A stretch of DNA of 64,000 nt from a bacterium (GTDB lineage Bacteria; Hydrothermota; Tepidihabitantia; Tepidihabitantales; Tepidihabitantaceae): positions 32,449 through 96,448 of the forward strand of contig JAWOHE010000089.1 in assembly GCA_046485285.1 (NCBI GenBank). The letters are read 5' to 3'. The position numbers and the translations under genes are program-made. Shown piece by piece: positions 53,290 to 63,613 of this stretch; within the stretch, counting starts at the first letter, position 1; each line of letters starts with the position of its first letter. The notes under the pieces were generated by a model, which worked only from the letters and a program-made list of their open reading frames with translations, was not told where the DNA came from and searched no databases.

Positions 53290-56058
53290 GTGGGCACGAC
53301 CCGCACGCCGGCACTCTTGGCCGCCTTCCTTGTTCTCACCGCCGCCGCGGTTGCATCCCCGGCGCGGCTGGTTGCGGTGCCGGCATCGGACGCGGGGCTG
53401 ATCGAACGGCTGGCAGCGGAAGGCGCGCGGAGTTGGGGCGCGACCGATTCCTGGCACTACCTCGACCCGGCCTCGATCGCCGGCCCGGTGCCGGGCGCGC
53501 GCGAGGTCCTGCTCGACCCCGACCGGCCGGCGTTCTTCGCCTGGGCCGGGCTCGATGCCGGGCCGGAGCTGGTCCAGCCCGGCGAGGCCGAGGCCCGGCG
53601 CTACCGGCGGCTGGTCTCCCTGCCCGACGCGCCGGTGCCGCTCAGGATGCCGCGGGCGCCGGTCCTGTCCCGGCCGGCGGCCAGCGACAGCTTCGTCCAG
53701 CGGCTGGTCGCGCGGGTGAGCCCGGACTCGATCCGGGCCCGGATTACCGAGCTCTGCGGGTTCCAGACTCGCCACTCACCGACCGACAGCTGCCGCAGTG
53801 CCGAGCGCCACGTCTTCGAGTACTTCACCCGGCTCGGGCTGGACTCGGTCGAGCTCGACTCCTACCCGCGCGGCGGCGAGTACTGGCGCAACCCGGTCGG
53901 CATCAGGCTCGGCCGGTACCGGCCGGACAAGGAGCTCATCGTCTGCGGCCACATGGACGCGATCTCGGAGATCCCGGATAGCCTCGCGCCCGGAGCCGAG
54001 GACAACGCGTCCGGGACCGCGATCGCGCTCGAGGCGGCGCGGGTGCTCGCGGCCGAGAATCTCGACCTGACGGTCAAGTTCGTCGCCTTCACCGGCGAGG
54101 AGCTCGGGCTCTACGGCAGCGCGCACTACGCCCAACGGATGCGGGCGGCCGGCACCGACATCCTCGGCGCGCTGAACTTCGACATGGTCGCCTGGCCGGG
54201 CGGTAGCTGGGGCGTCGCGCTGGTCGGGCTCGCGCCGGCGCGCAGGCTGTGCGACTACCAGGCCGCGATGGCCGACCGCTACACCGAGCTCGATCACCGC
54301 ATCTCGGTGCGGAGCTTCCCGTCCGACTCGCGTTCGTTCGAGGAGGCCGGCTATGTCGCGACCTCGGGCTACGAGTTCGGCTCCGAGCCCTACATCTGGT
54401 ACCACACCTCGGCCGACACGCTCGGTAACCTCGACTTCGACCTCGCCGCGGAAGTCTGCCGGATGGCGGTCGCGACGCTTGCCTCGCTCGCGGTCGCGCC
54501 GCTGCCGCCCGAGGGGTTCGCGCTCGCCGACTGCGGCGACGGGACTAGCCTGCGGGCGAGCTGGCGGGCCTCGCCCGAGCCGGACCTCGCCGGCTACCGG
54601 CTGTTCTGGGGGTTCGACACGCTGACCTACGCCGATTCGCTCGACACCGGGCCGGATACCGTCGCGGTCATCACCGGGCTCGAGACCGGCCGGCGCGTGT
54701 TCGCGACCGTGCTCGCGCGGGACCGGGACGGCTACGAGAGCGGCTTCGCGGACGGGGCCAGCGCGGTGCCGGCAGACGTGCCGGCCGCGCCCTCGAGCGC
54801 GGCGGCGCTGCCATTCCGGCACGGGATGAGCGTCACCTGGCGGGCGAACCGCGAGCTCGACCTCGCCGGCTACAACCTCTACCGCTCGACCCGGCCCGAC
54901 AGCGGCTATGCCCGGGTCAACCCCGCGCTGCTGCCCGACACCGCCCGGCGCGACTCCGGCCTGCTCGCCGACACGATGTACCACTGGGTCGTCACCGCGG
55001 TCGACACCGGGGGCAATGAGAGCGAGCGCTCGACCCCGGCCCGGGGCAAGGCGGTAACGCTCGACCACGGCATCCTGCTCGTCAACGAGACCCGGCCCGG
55101 CTCGGGCCAGCCCGGCAGCCCGTCCCGGGCCCAGCTCGACGCGTTCTGGCACGCGGTCCTGCGCGGCTACCGGCTTACCGACTGGAACTGCGCCGAGGCC
55201 GGCGCGCCGGGCGCGGGCGACCTCGGGCCGTACTCGACCATCGTCTGGCACGGGGACGAGTACCAGCAGATGCTCATCGCCGGCGCGGTGCCGGGCCTCG
55301 CCAACCACCTCGCCCACGGCGGCCGGCTCTGGCTTTCGGGCTGGAAGACCGCGCTCGCGCTGGCTGGCGGCGGCGGATACCCGTTCAACTACGAGCCGGG
55401 CCGGTTCGAGCGGGACCGGCTCGGCCTCGCCCGGGCCGAGCAGTCCGCCCGCAGTGACTTCATCGGCGCTGTCGGGCAGGCCGGGTACCCGGACGTTGCG
55501 GTCGACTCGGCCAAGGCCCTGCCCGCCCTGCAGGGCCGCCTGCCCTACATCGACGCGCTCCTGCCCGGCGACGGGGTGCCGGTGCTGGCGTTCCGGTCAT
55601 TCTCGGGCGACAGCTTCGAATGCAAGCCGGTCGCGGTCCGCCACGAGGCCGGTGCGCACCGGGCGGTGGCCTGCGGGTTCCCGGTCTACTACCTGCGTGA
55701 CGAGGACGCGAGGGCGCTGGCGCGCCGGGTGCTCGAGGACCTGGGCGAGCCGTACGGCATCGCCGAGGCGGGGCGCGCGGCCGCGACCGGCGGGCTCGCG
55801 GTCCTGCCCAGCCCGGCCCGGGGCGGGCTGGCCGTGCGCTTCCAGCTCGCCGCGGCCGCACCGGCGCGGCTGGCGGTGTACGACGCGGGCGGCCGGCTGG
55901 TGCGGGTGCTGGCGACCGGCGAGCACCGGGCCGGCGAGCATCTCACGCGCTGGGACGGTCGCGACGCGGCGGGGCGGAAGGTGTCGGCCGGGGTGTTCTT
56001 CTGCCGGCTCGAGGTCGGCGGCGCGGCGTCGGCGCGCCGGTTCGAGCTCCTGCGCTGA
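53290..56058 (+). CDS. secreted M28-family aminopeptidase with FN3-like domains and T9SS C-terminal domain
   Basis: 922 aa. 'LIVCGHMDAI', 'PGAEDNASGTAIALEAARVLA', 'VKFVAFTGEELGLYGSAHYA' (M28 Zn ligands). 'ASWRASPEPDLAGYRLFWG' (FN3). C-terminus 'RLAVYDAGGRLVRVL...GVFFCRLEVGG'. Confidence 0.75.
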   Translation: MGTTRTPALLAAFLVLTAAAVASPARLVAVPASDAGLIERLAAEGARSWGATDSWHYLDPASIAGPVPGAREVLLDPDRPAFFAWAGLDAGPELVQPGEAEARRYRRLVSLPDAPVPLRMPRAPVLSRPAASDSFVQRLVARVSPDSIRARITELCGFQTRHSPTDSCRSAERHVFEYFTRLGLDSVELDSYPRGGEYWRNPVGIRLGRYRPDKELIVCGHMDAISEIPDSLAPGAEDNASGTAIALEAARVLAAENLDLTVKFVAFTGEELGLYGSAHYAQRMRAAGTDILGALNFDMVAWPGGSWGVALVGLAPARRLCDYQAAMADRYTELDHRISVRSFPSDSRSFEEAGYVATSGYEFGSEPYIWYHTSADTLGNLDFDLAAEVCRMAVATLASLAVAPLPPEGFALADCGDGTSLRASWRASPEPDLAGYRLFWGFDTLTYADSLDTGPDTVAVITGLETGRRVFATVLARDRDGYESGFADGASAVPADVPAAPSSAAALPFRHGMSVTWRANRELDLAGYNLYRSTRPDSGYARVNPALLPDTARRDSGLLADTMYHWVVTAVDTGGNESERSTPARGKAVTLDHGILLVNETRPGSGQPGSPSRAQLDAFWHAVLRGYRLTDWNCAEAGAPGAGDLGPYSTIVWHGDEYQQMLIAGAVPGLANHLAHGGRLWLSGWKTALALAGGGGYPFNYEPGRFERDRLGLARAEQSARSDFIGAVGQAGYPDVAVDSAKALPALQGRLPYIDALLPGDGVPVLAFRSFSGDSFECKPVAVRHEAGAHRAVACGFPVYYLRDEDARALARRVLEDLGEPYGIAEAGRAAATGGLAVLPSPARGGLAVRFQLAAAAPARLAVYDAGGRLVRVLATGEHRAGEHLTRWDGRDAAGRKVSAGVFFCRLEVGGAASARRFELLR

Positions 56059-56060
56059 AC

Positions 56061-57347
56061 TCAGTCGAAGACGGTGAGCTGGCCGGTCTTGTAGTAGCGG
56101 GTGGCCCGGCTCCGGCCGCGCATCTGGAGCCGCTTGCGCCGGACGAGGCCGGCGAGGATGTGGCCGGCCTGGTGCGGGCTGCAGCGCAGGATGGTCCGGA
56201 CGATTTCGTTGGTGACGTACTGCCGGTCCTTCGGCATGTCCTCGAGGTAGGTCATTATTGCGCTATCGGCGTAGGCGGCCTCGGCGCGGCGGAACAGCGT
56301 GTAGCTGACGCAGGTCGAGAGCTGTGAGTAGATGCGCTTGCTGAGCCGGTAGACCCGGCCGCCCTTCTGCCCGAACGGCTCGATGAGCCCGCGCAGGGCC
56401 ATCGAGTTGAGCGCCTCGCGGGACTCGTTCTCGCCGCGCTGGAGCAGGCGCTGGACGTCGGCAAGGCTGACCTCGCGGTTGCGCTTGAGCCAGGTCAGCA
56501 CCAGCAGGTCGTGGAGCGTCAGGCCGCGGCCGGCCCGACCCTCGTCGGCGACGAAGCGGGCGAAGGTCTCGTCGACACCGGGCCCGGCCTCGGTCCGTCC
56601 GCTCCGGAGGATAACCCGGACGTAGTCGCGCTCGGCTTCCCAGGCCGGCGGCTCCTTGCCGAACGATAGCATCACGTGGTACATCCGCTTGACGCCCATC
56701 CCGGCGCGCTCGACGAGCCGGATGCGCTGGAGGACCTCGGCGAGCAGGCGATTGCGGCTGACCGGCTCGTGGCCGAGGATGTTGTCGAGCGTCACCCCGC
56801 CCCAGAGCCCGCCCGGGTTGGCGATCTCGATGCGGTCCGGGTAGTGGCGGAGGTAGACCGGCGCGTTGAGTTCGTAGTCGCGGTGGACGAGGGTGTTGAG
56901 CAGGGCCTCGCGGCAGACCTCGGCCGGGAAGTCCGGGACCTCGACGTGGAACAGGCCGAGCTTGAGCGTGTGGACACGGTTGTGCGGTTCGAGCGCCTGG
57001 CCGAACTGCTCGACGAGCGCGAGGAGCGGCCGGCGCGAGTCGAGCCGCCGGTCGTAGTCGGTGTCGGACTGCATGTGGAGGTAGATGGCCTCGTGGCCGG
57101 GTAGGTCGGCGCGGAGGAATTCCTCGCGGCCGACGAGCAACAGCCCTGCGACGGTGATGCGGCGGTCGCCGTCGGGCCGGAGGACGCCGAGCCGGGCGAG
57201 CAGGTCCTCGTCGGACAGGCCGAGCAGGGACGAGCCGGGCTCGCTGGCGGCGAGCACCCGGCGCAGGCGTTCGACCTCGATGCGGTCAATCGCCTCCGGG
57301 CCGCGGGCGAGCGGCCGGGCCGAGAAGTCGGCGTGCTCCGCTATCAC
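56061..57347 (-). CDS. Schlafen/AlbA_2 + HATPase_c_4 family putative transcriptional regulator (COG2865-like)
   Basis: 428 aa. 'REALLNTLVHRDY', 'IEIANPGGLWGGVTLDNILG...SRNRLLAEVLQRIRLVERAGMGVKRM' typical of this family. C-terminal wHTH. Confidence 0.6.
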   Translation of the reverse strand: MIAEHADFSARPLARGPEAIDRIEVERLRRVLAASEPGSSLLGLSDEDLLARLGVLRPDGDRRITVAGLLLVGREEFLRADLPGHEAIYLHMQSDTDYDRRLDSRRPLLALVEQFGQALEPHNRVHTLKLGLFHVEVPDFPAEVCREALLNTLVHRDYELNAPVYLRHYPDRIEIANPGGLWGGVTLDNILGHEPVSRNRLLAEVLQRIRLVERAGMGVKRMYHVMLSFGKEPPAWEAERDYVRVILRSGRTEAGPGVDETFARFVADEGRAGRGLTLHDLLVLTWLKRNREVSLADVQRLLQRGENESREALNSMALRGLIEPFGQKGGRVYRLSKRIYSQLSTCVSYTLFRRAEAAYADSAIMTYLEDMPKDRQYVTNEIVRTILRCSPHQAGHILAGLVRRKRLQMRGRSRATRYYKTGQLTVFD

Positions 57348-57397
57348 AGGGCCATATTATCCCGGGCCGGAGGGCAGTCAAGGAGCGCGGCCAGTGG

Positions 57398-57425
57398 TTG
57401 ACCGGGTCGCCGGGCCGGATAAGCT
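57398..57425 (+). promoter_or_regulatory. sigma70-like promoter TTGACC-N16-TAAGCT
   Basis: Read directly, upstream of ATG 57426. Confidence 0.3.
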
Positions 57426-58937
57426 TTGCTGATGCTCCGGCTCGCGCTGCTCCTGCTCGCCGCGCTCGCGGCGCCGCTCCCGGCCGGGCACCGGCTCGGG
57501 CTCATCCCCGAGGACCTCGACACGGTGCCGGGAGTGGTCCGGGTCGACCGGATCGCGGCCGCGCCGTGCCGGCCGCTCTGCGACACGGTCGTCCGGGTCG
57601 ACCATTCTGCCAACCTGCCGCCGGTCGGCAACCAGGGCGGCCAGGGCTCCTGCGTGGCCTGGGCCCACGGCTACTACCATATGACCCACAACGAGTTCGT
57701 CGAGCGCGGCTGGAACGTCCGCGACCCGCGCAACCAGTTCAGCCCGGCGTTCCTCTACAACCAGGTTAACGGCGGACAGGACGGCGGCACCAGCGGCAGC
57801 CGGGTGATGGTGCTCGCCATCGAGCAGGGCTGCGCGACCCTTTTCAGCAAGCCTTACAACCCGACCGACTACTCGAGCTGGCCGAGCGAGGCGGCGTACT
57901 TCAATGCGCTCGAGTTCCGGGGCGAGGAGGCCTGTTTCATCGCCGCCTACGACACTGCGGGCATCAACCGGGTCCGCCAGCACCTCGCCAACGGCTACAC
58001 CGGGGTCATCGGCATCCGGGTCTGGGAGAACTTCGACAACATCCACGAGTTCCGCCACACCTACTGCTCGAGCGAGCGCTACGGCACGATGCGGGGCTGG
58101 CACGCGGTCACCATCGTCGGCTACGACGACACGCTCCCGACCTCGGATGGACCGGGCGCGTTCCGGGTCGTCAACTCGTGGGGCACGGGCTGGGGCGACG
58201 CGGGTTTCTTCTGGATGTCATACGTCGCGGTGATGGACGCCGAGATGGGCGGCCGGCAGGTCGAGTACCTGCGCGACCGCGTCGACTACCGGCCGGTGCT
58301 GGTCGGCCTGGTTACCATCAGCCACCCGACTCGGGACCGGGTCGGTATCGAGCTCGGGGTCGCGCCGGTGATGGGGCCGCCGTGGAGCTACCCGTTCCGG
58401 AGCTGGCGCTCGCCGGCCCGGGACTTCCCGTTCCCCGGCCACCCGATGGTCTTCGACCTGACCGAGGGCGCGGAGTTCCTCGCCGGCAACGGCGAGGACC
58501 GGCTGTTCCTCGGCGTGGTGGACGACCAGTGCGAGGGCGCGACCGGGTCGATCACCGGGTTCTCGGTCGAGCACCTCGACTGGGGAACGCGGGGCGTGTC
58601 GGGCGATCCGCCGGTGGCGATACCGGACGACGGGGAGCCGGTGTTCGCACTCGCGCAACTGCCGGCGAGCGGGATCGCGGGGGGCGCGGCCGGCGGACGG
58701 CCGGGCGCGGCCGTGGCGACCATTGTGCGCGGCAGCCTGAGCCTCACGGGCTTGGGACACGATCCCGGTTCGGAGAACCGAAGCGGGTCATGCCCCGCGC
58801 TCCTCCTCGACATCTCCGGCCGGATGGTGATGGAGCTTCTCCCTGGTGACAACGATGTCCGGCATCTCGCGCCCGGGGTCTACTTCGTTCGCAGGCAGGA
58901 CACCGGCGAATCCAGCCGGCTGGTGCTGGTCGAGTAG
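57426..58937 (+). CDS. secreted papain-like cysteine peptidase (C1 family) with T9SS C-terminal domain
   Basis: 503 aa. 'NQGGQGSCVAWA' (Gln-Cys), 'GWHAVTIVGYDD' (His), 'NSWGTGWGDAGFFWMSY' (Asn-Ser-Trp). C-terminus 'GVYFVRRQDTGESSRLVLVE'. Confidence 0.75.
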   Translation: MLMLRLALLLLAALAAPLPAGHRLGLIPEDLDTVPGVVRVDRIAAAPCRPLCDTVVRVDHSANLPPVGNQGGQGSCVAWAHGYYHMTHNEFVERGWNVRDPRNQFSPAFLYNQVNGGQDGGTSGSRVMVLAIEQGCATLFSKPYNPTDYSSWPSEAAYFNALEFRGEEACFIAAYDTAGINRVRQHLANGYTGVIGIRVWENFDNIHEFRHTYCSSERYGTMRGWHAVTIVGYDDTLPTSDGPGAFRVVNSWGTGWGDAGFFWMSYVAVMDAEMGGRQVEYLRDRVDYRPVLVGLVTISHPTRDRVGIELGVAPVMGPPWSYPFRSWRSPARDFPFPGHPMVFDLTEGAEFLAGNGEDRLFLGVVDDQCEGATGSITGFSVEHLDWGTRGVSGDPPVAIPDDGEPVFALAQLPASGIAGGAAGGRPGAAVATIVRGSLSLTGLGHDPGSENRSGSCPALLLDISGRMVMELLPGDNDVRHLAPGVYFVRRQDTGESSRLVLVE

Positions 58938-58974
58938 CGCGGCTCAACCCTCAGCTTTCCTCGCGCCAGCCCGC

Positions 58975-59060
58975 CTGGACACCCCACCCTCGGCTGCACT
59001 CCCGGTGTTACTCCCCCGGTAACTACCCCAGTAATACCGGGGATAGGGGATGGGGGAAAT
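58975..59060. repeat. GC-rich dispersed repeat, degenerate relative of 17860..17965
   Basis: About 75% identity over ~75 bp (cactcccRgtgYtactcccccRgtaact...ataccggg). Confidence 0.4.
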
Positions 59061-59189
59061 TCAGACAGGGACTAATTTCTTGATGTACCGGTGATTAGGT
59101 GGAGTCGACGCGATTATGGGAATTGCGTGATTGCCATCTTTGCGCATTCGGAGTTTTGTGTCAGGGCGTCGAGTCAGGGTCCGGCCGGG

Positions 59190-60920
59190 CTAGCGGAGGA
59201 GTTTCAGCGCCTTCTCGATGTGCTCGTCGCGGCCCTCGCGGAGGGCCCTTAGCGTGCGCCGGACGGGCACGGTCGGCCGGATGCCGAGGAGGTGGTGCTG
59301 GGAGCCGTCGAACCTCGTGACCTTCATCCCGGTCCAGGAGAAGCGGAACGCGCCGGGCAGGGGCAGGAGAAGGATGTTGCCATTGGCGCCCGCGGTCGGG
59401 CTGCCGACGATCTCGCCGAGCCTGAATCCCTCGACGTAGCCGAGGACCGACTCGGCGTAGGAGATGGCGCTGGAGTCGGCGAGGAACACGGCCCGGCCCC
59501 GGAAGTGCGGCTCGTCGGGCCGGATGTGCTCCCAGCCGAACCCGTCCCAGCCCGAGATGCGCTCGCGGTCCGGCCAGGCGGTGCGCGAGATGAACATCCA
59601 CTTCTCCCCGCGTTTCTCCTCGCCGGTGAGGAGGTAGCCGAGGACGCCCTCGTTCCGGTTCGGGTAGCCGCGCAGGTCGAAGATGACGCCGCGCGCCCGC
59701 GCCAGCTTGCGCAGGTTCGAGTTGATTTCGTCGAGCGCGCGGTTGAGGTCGACGTACCAGATGCCGGGTTCGAGCTCCCGGACACACTCGCCGGTGTCGG
59801 GCGGGAACGGGCGGGAGGGGTCGCCCGGCATCGCGCTGGCCCGGATGGTGTCGGTCCCGCGCTCGACGAGCAGGCTGAGCGAGGCGGTCTTCGGGCCGAG
59901 AAGGAGCCGGTTGAGGCTGCGCGCGCGGCGCCACTGGGGCGAGCCGGAGACGTGCTGCTCCTCCTCCTTGAGCAGCCTGTCGACGGGCCGGCCGTCGACC
60001 TCGAGCAGGACGTCACCCCGGCGCAGGCCGGTGTCGGCGGCGGCCGCGACGACGACGACGCGCTCCTCGACGAACTCGAGCCGGGCCCGGACGACGCCGT
60101 CGTCGCGGCGCAGGTCGACCGCGCCGGCGTGTCCGTCGTGAAGCGCGACGGCCATCCGCCGGAGGGTGCGGTGGAAACCGGCGCGGTCGGTGGCGTCGAG
60201 CGCCGCGGCGAGCGTCTCGGTCAGCACCGCGTCCCAGTCGGTCGGCACGACGTCGAAGTAGGGGTAGAAGTGCCGGGCGGCGGTCCAGGCGATGACGACC
60301 GCGCCGAGCCGGACGTCGGGCGGCGGGTCGCCGGGCGGGTCGAGCTCGACCGCGTCGAGCGCGGCCTGCAGGCGCTCGAGCGCGGTCGTGTCCGCGAATG
60401 GCAGGGTCTCGCCGTATTTCGACCAGATGCAGAGCGGTACGCGGCAGGCGAGCTCCCGGTCGAGCGGCTTGTCGACGTACTCGCCCGGCGCCGGGCAGTC
60501 CCCGAACGCGGGCAGGTCGCCGCCGCCGTCGTGCATCGGCCGGTTGGTGCGCAGGCTGGAGTAGACGCTCAGGGTGCCGTAGGTCTGTTCGAGGAAGCGC
60601 TCGGCCTCCGGGAGCCTGAGGCCGCGGTGCTGCCAGCAGACCGGCAGGCAGGTCGCGTCGTCGCCGGACAGTTCCGGCGCGCGCGGCCCGGTCCCGGCGC
60701 CGCAGACCTGCACCGTCGGGGCGACCGGGCCGAACAGTCCGGCCAGCGTCGAGCGGAGCGACCCGGCGTCGGCGCAGTCGAGCACCCGCGCGGCGCCGAG
60801 CACGGCGAGCCGGGCCCAGTCGATCGAGCTCGCCTCGTCGCTCGGGTGGAAGAAGCGGGCGTAGCCGTAGAGCCGGGCGAACGCCCGCAGGTTGGCGACC
60901 GCGTCGGCCCGGGCCGTCAT
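59190..60920 (-). CDS. S41-family peptidase (C-terminal processing/tail-specific protease-like) with PDZ-like domain
   Basis: 576 aa. 'GVIFDLRGYPNRNEG', 'AVFLADSSAISYAESVLGYV' (Ser nucleophile region), 'VLLEVDGRPV' PDZ-like. Confidence 0.65.
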   Translation of the reverse strand: MTARADAVANLRAFARLYGYARFFHPSDEASSIDWARLAVLGAARVLDCADAGSLRSTLAGLFGPVAPTVQVCGAGTGPRAPELSGDDATCLPVCWQHRGLRLPEAERFLEQTYGTLSVYSSLRTNRPMHDGGGDLPAFGDCPAPGEYVDKPLDRELACRVPLCIWSKYGETLPFADTTALERLQAALDAVELDPPGDPPPDVRLGAVVIAWTAARHFYPYFDVVPTDWDAVLTETLAAALDATDRAGFHRTLRRMAVALHDGHAGAVDLRRDDGVVRARLEFVEERVVVVAAAADTGLRRGDVLLEVDGRPVDRLLKEEEQHVSGSPQWRRARSLNRLLLGPKTASLSLLVERGTDTIRASAMPGDPSRPFPPDTGECVRELEPGIWYVDLNRALDEINSNLRKLARARGVIFDLRGYPNRNEGVLGYLLTGEEKRGEKWMFISRTAWPDRERISGWDGFGWEHIRPDEPHFRGRAVFLADSSAISYAESVLGYVEGFRLGEIVGSPTAGANGNILLLPLPGAFRFSWTGMKVTRFDGSQHHLLGIRPTVPVRRTLRALREGRDEHIEKALKLLR

Positions 60921-61021
60921 CTCCGGGCCTGCCCGGGGCGGGTCCCCGCACGATGCCTGCCGTTCATCGTGGCGATTCTATGCCACAATCGCACGGGTTG
61001 TCAAGCGGCGGCGGGCGGGCG

Positions 61022-61483
61022 TCAGGCGCGCGGGGCCGGTCCGCGGACGAGGTGCTTCGGGATCAGCCGCCAGAGGCGGTCGCAGTTGCGGCCGGTGGCC
61101 CGGAGCTGGGCGCCGACCTGTTCCGGCCCGAGCTTGAGGTTGACGTGCAGGCTCGAGTCCCTGGTGGCCCGCCGCGCGTCGTACTTGTGCGCGATGATGT
61201 CGAAGGTCATCGGCGTTGACAGGGGGACTGCGACGAACTTGGCGACATCAGTGGCCAGCTCGCTGATGTTCGCGGTCAGCCACCAGTGGGCGGTGAACGC
61301 CACGAGGCTCTCGGCGTGCCGCTTGTTGACCTCGCTCAGGTACTCGGAGACAAACAGGTCGATGACTTCCTCGGACGAGAGGGCGCGCAGGCGCTGGTAG
61401 GCGGTCATTAGCGCCCGCGCCTGGTGCTCGGGCAGTCCCAGGCAGGCCACGTGTACCTTCATCTGGCTTACGGTCCAGCTCAT
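61022..61483 (-). CDS. hypothetical protein
   Basis: 153 aa from ATG 61483, with AAGGAGG 4 nt upstream. Helical composition. Confidence 0.45.
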   Translation of the reverse strand: MSWTVSQMKVHVACLGLPEHQARALMTAYQRLRALSSEEVIDLFVSEYLSEVNKRHAESLVAFTAHWWLTANISELATDVAKFVAVPLSTPMTFDIIAHKYDARRATRDSSLHVNLKLGPEQVGAQLRATGRNCDRLWRLIPKHLVRGPAPRA

Positions 61484-61709
61484 TGGTCCTCCTTCTGGTC
61501 GTCCCAAGGCCCGGGCCTCCGCGCTGGCCTGCGGCAGTCTCCGCCGGCCCGCGGCGGATTAGCGTGTCGGCCGTGGTGATTATGCGGCCGGAACGGCCGG
61601 GTTGTCAAGAGACGGCGGGTGGCGCCGCCGGGACCGCGCGAACGGGAGCCGGGCCGGCAAGGGCGATGGCGGCGCTCGCGACTCCGGGCCCCGGAGTCAG
61701 CTGGCCCCG

Positions 61710-61853
61710 TCAGGTGGGCCGTGGGGATTCCGGGGGCGGGAACTGCTCGCGCGGGCGGGGGTTGCAGCGGCTCGACAACATCGAGGCGAGGAGCAGTCCG
61801 CCCAGGACGATGAGGATGACCGGCCACCACGACCGCAGGGAGTCGTCGCTCAT
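61710..61853 (-). CDS. possible small single-TM protein (47 aa)
   Basis: ATG preceded by GAGG. 'SWWPVILIVLGGLLLASML'. Confidence 0.25.
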   Translation of the reverse strand: MSDDSLRSWWPVILIVLGGLLLASMLSSRCNPRPREQFPPPESPRPT

Positions 61854-61952
61854 GGTCGCCTCGGCCCGGTCCCGGGAATCCGGTGCTCGATCATCGACCG
61901 TAGTCTAGCCGGGCCGCGGCCGGGGTGTCAAGGTCGGCGGGCGGTGGCCGCG

Positions 61953-62610
61953 CTACTCGGGCTCGCCGAGCCTGTGCTCGAGCGCGTCGCGCCTGGCCTT
62001 CAGCCGGGCGGGCTGGACGTAGTAGAAGTCGAAGAGGCCCTCGATCACGTCGAGGTTCAGCTCGGTCTCACCCGGATCGGCGTCACAGACCTGCCCGGGC
62101 AAGCTGCTCTTGGCGGGATGGCCGGCGAAGTTGCCGATCCGGGGAACGGCGGCGAGGTCGACGGCAAGCTCGGCCGGGAGGTGGCCCTTGTCGAGCGCCT
62201 CGAGTATCTCGACCGCGAGGTCGGCGTGCCTGACCCCGGTCCTGGTCCGGAGGATGCTCTGCAGACAGCGCCGGCTCAGTGCCGCGCTCGCCCGGGGGCT
62301 CAAGTGGGATACCTCGCAGGCTTCCTCGTAGTCGGCCGCGATGCCCGGTGACTCGGTCCTGACTTCCTCCGGGGCCGGCGGCCGGCCCGACCCGAGCGGG
62401 CGGAACCGGAGGACCGGCTCCCACGGCTCGGGCAGGCCGAGCAGGCTGACCGACACGCGGGAGGGCGTCCGTGTCTCGAGGGTCAGGGTGTTCTTCCGAC
62501 AGCTCGGGCACCGCACCGCGTCGACGCGCCAGTAGCCGTCGTGGTCCGCCGGCAGGACGACGTGGCTGTGCCCGGGGTCAATCTCCTTCAGGCAGTGTGG
62601 ACACCTCATA
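61953..62610 (-). CDS. zinc-ribbon + DUF4145-like domain protein
   Basis: 219 aa. 'MRCPHCLKEI...VRCPSCRKN' ribbon. C-terminal 'ALSRRCLQSILR...LAAVPRIGNFAGHP' resembles the DUF4145 pattern. Confidence 0.5.
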
Positions 62611-62805
62611 CGTACCTCCCACGGGCGGCCGGGCCGGTCGGGGATCGGGTTACTGGCTCGGCCATGGGCAAGGATAGCGGAGATTCGGCCGGTCGTCAAG
62701 TGAGCGCTGGCGGTTCCAACGGCCCCCTCGGGAGCGCGGCTACCGGCCCGGTGAAATGGAAACAGCCCCGGTTCGGGGCTGTTTCAATCTGGCTACGCGG
62801 ACCGG

Positions 62806-63408
62806 CTACTGCCCGGCGGGCTCGGGCTGGCCGGTCTTGACTGCGACCGCGATCTCAGTCTTGAGCGACTCGGGCGGGGTCGCCTGCGGGTCGCTCAGGT
62901 AGAACTCGATGGCCGGGCCGGCAACCGTCATCCCCTTCGCGTCGACCCACATCTCGAGGCTGTCGTGGGCCGCGCCGATGCCGTCATACGGGCCGGTGTA
63001 GGTCGCGAAGGCGACTTGGATGCCGCCGAACGGCTTGACCGTGACGCCGGAGGCCGGGTCGGCGATGGTGCCGGTCGGGACCGGCAGGCAGATCTCCCAG
63101 GCCGCGCTGTCGGCCGGGGTCTCGGGCGAGCTGAGGAACACGCCGAAGGGCGCGCCGGCCGGCACGACCCCGGCGGTTCCGGCCCAGGCCATCAGCTTGC
63201 CCATCGCCTCGGGGAACAGCGAGAACGGTCCGGTGACCTCGAGCGAGGCAACGGTCATTGAGTCGAGCACTTTCAGCGAAGCCGCGTAGTTGAGCTCGGG
63301 CTTCGTCTCGGTCTGCTGCGGGGCCGGCTGGCCGCCGCAGCCGGCCAGCACTGCCAGCAGCGCCGCGATCGCGGCGAGGCCGGGCAGACTGACATTGGCT
63401 GTACGCAT
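62806..63408 (-). CDS. GyrI-like small-molecule-binding domain lipoprotein
   Basis: 200 aa. Signal/lipobox 'LLAVLAGCGG'. 'VTGPFSLFPEAMGKLMAW...WEICLPV...FATYTGPYDGIGAAHDSLEMWV' GyrI-like pattern. Confidence 0.55.
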   Translation of the reverse strand: MRTANVSLPGLAAIAALLAVLAGCGGQPAPQQTETKPELNYAASLKVLDSMTVASLEVTGPFSLFPEAMGKLMAWAGTAGVVPAGAPFGVFLSSPETPADSAAWEICLPVPTGTIADPASGVTVKPFGGIQVAFATYTGPYDGIGAAHDSLEMWVDAKGMTVAGPAIEFYLSDPQATPPESLKTEIAVAVKTGQPEPAGQ

Positions 63409-63513
63409 CTGCGTAGTTGTCCTTTCGCCCCGGAGCCGTCAAACGCCTTCGTCTGAGGTTGTCACTTGGGGCGGACAATGGTATGGAAAGCCGGCCCGCT
63501 GTCAAGGCCGCGC

Positions 63514-63541
63514 TTGACGAACAGGCGGGTTGGGCTACAAT
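63514..63541 (+). promoter_or_regulatory. sigma70-like promoter TTGACG-N16-TACAAT
   Basis: Read directly, upstream of ATG 63614. Confidence 0.4.
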
Positions 63542-63613
63542 CCCGGGTTCGCGCCGGAGACCGCGCGGCCGCGCCGGTCCCGGCGGAGGCATTCGCATCA
63601 AGGAGGAACCGTG

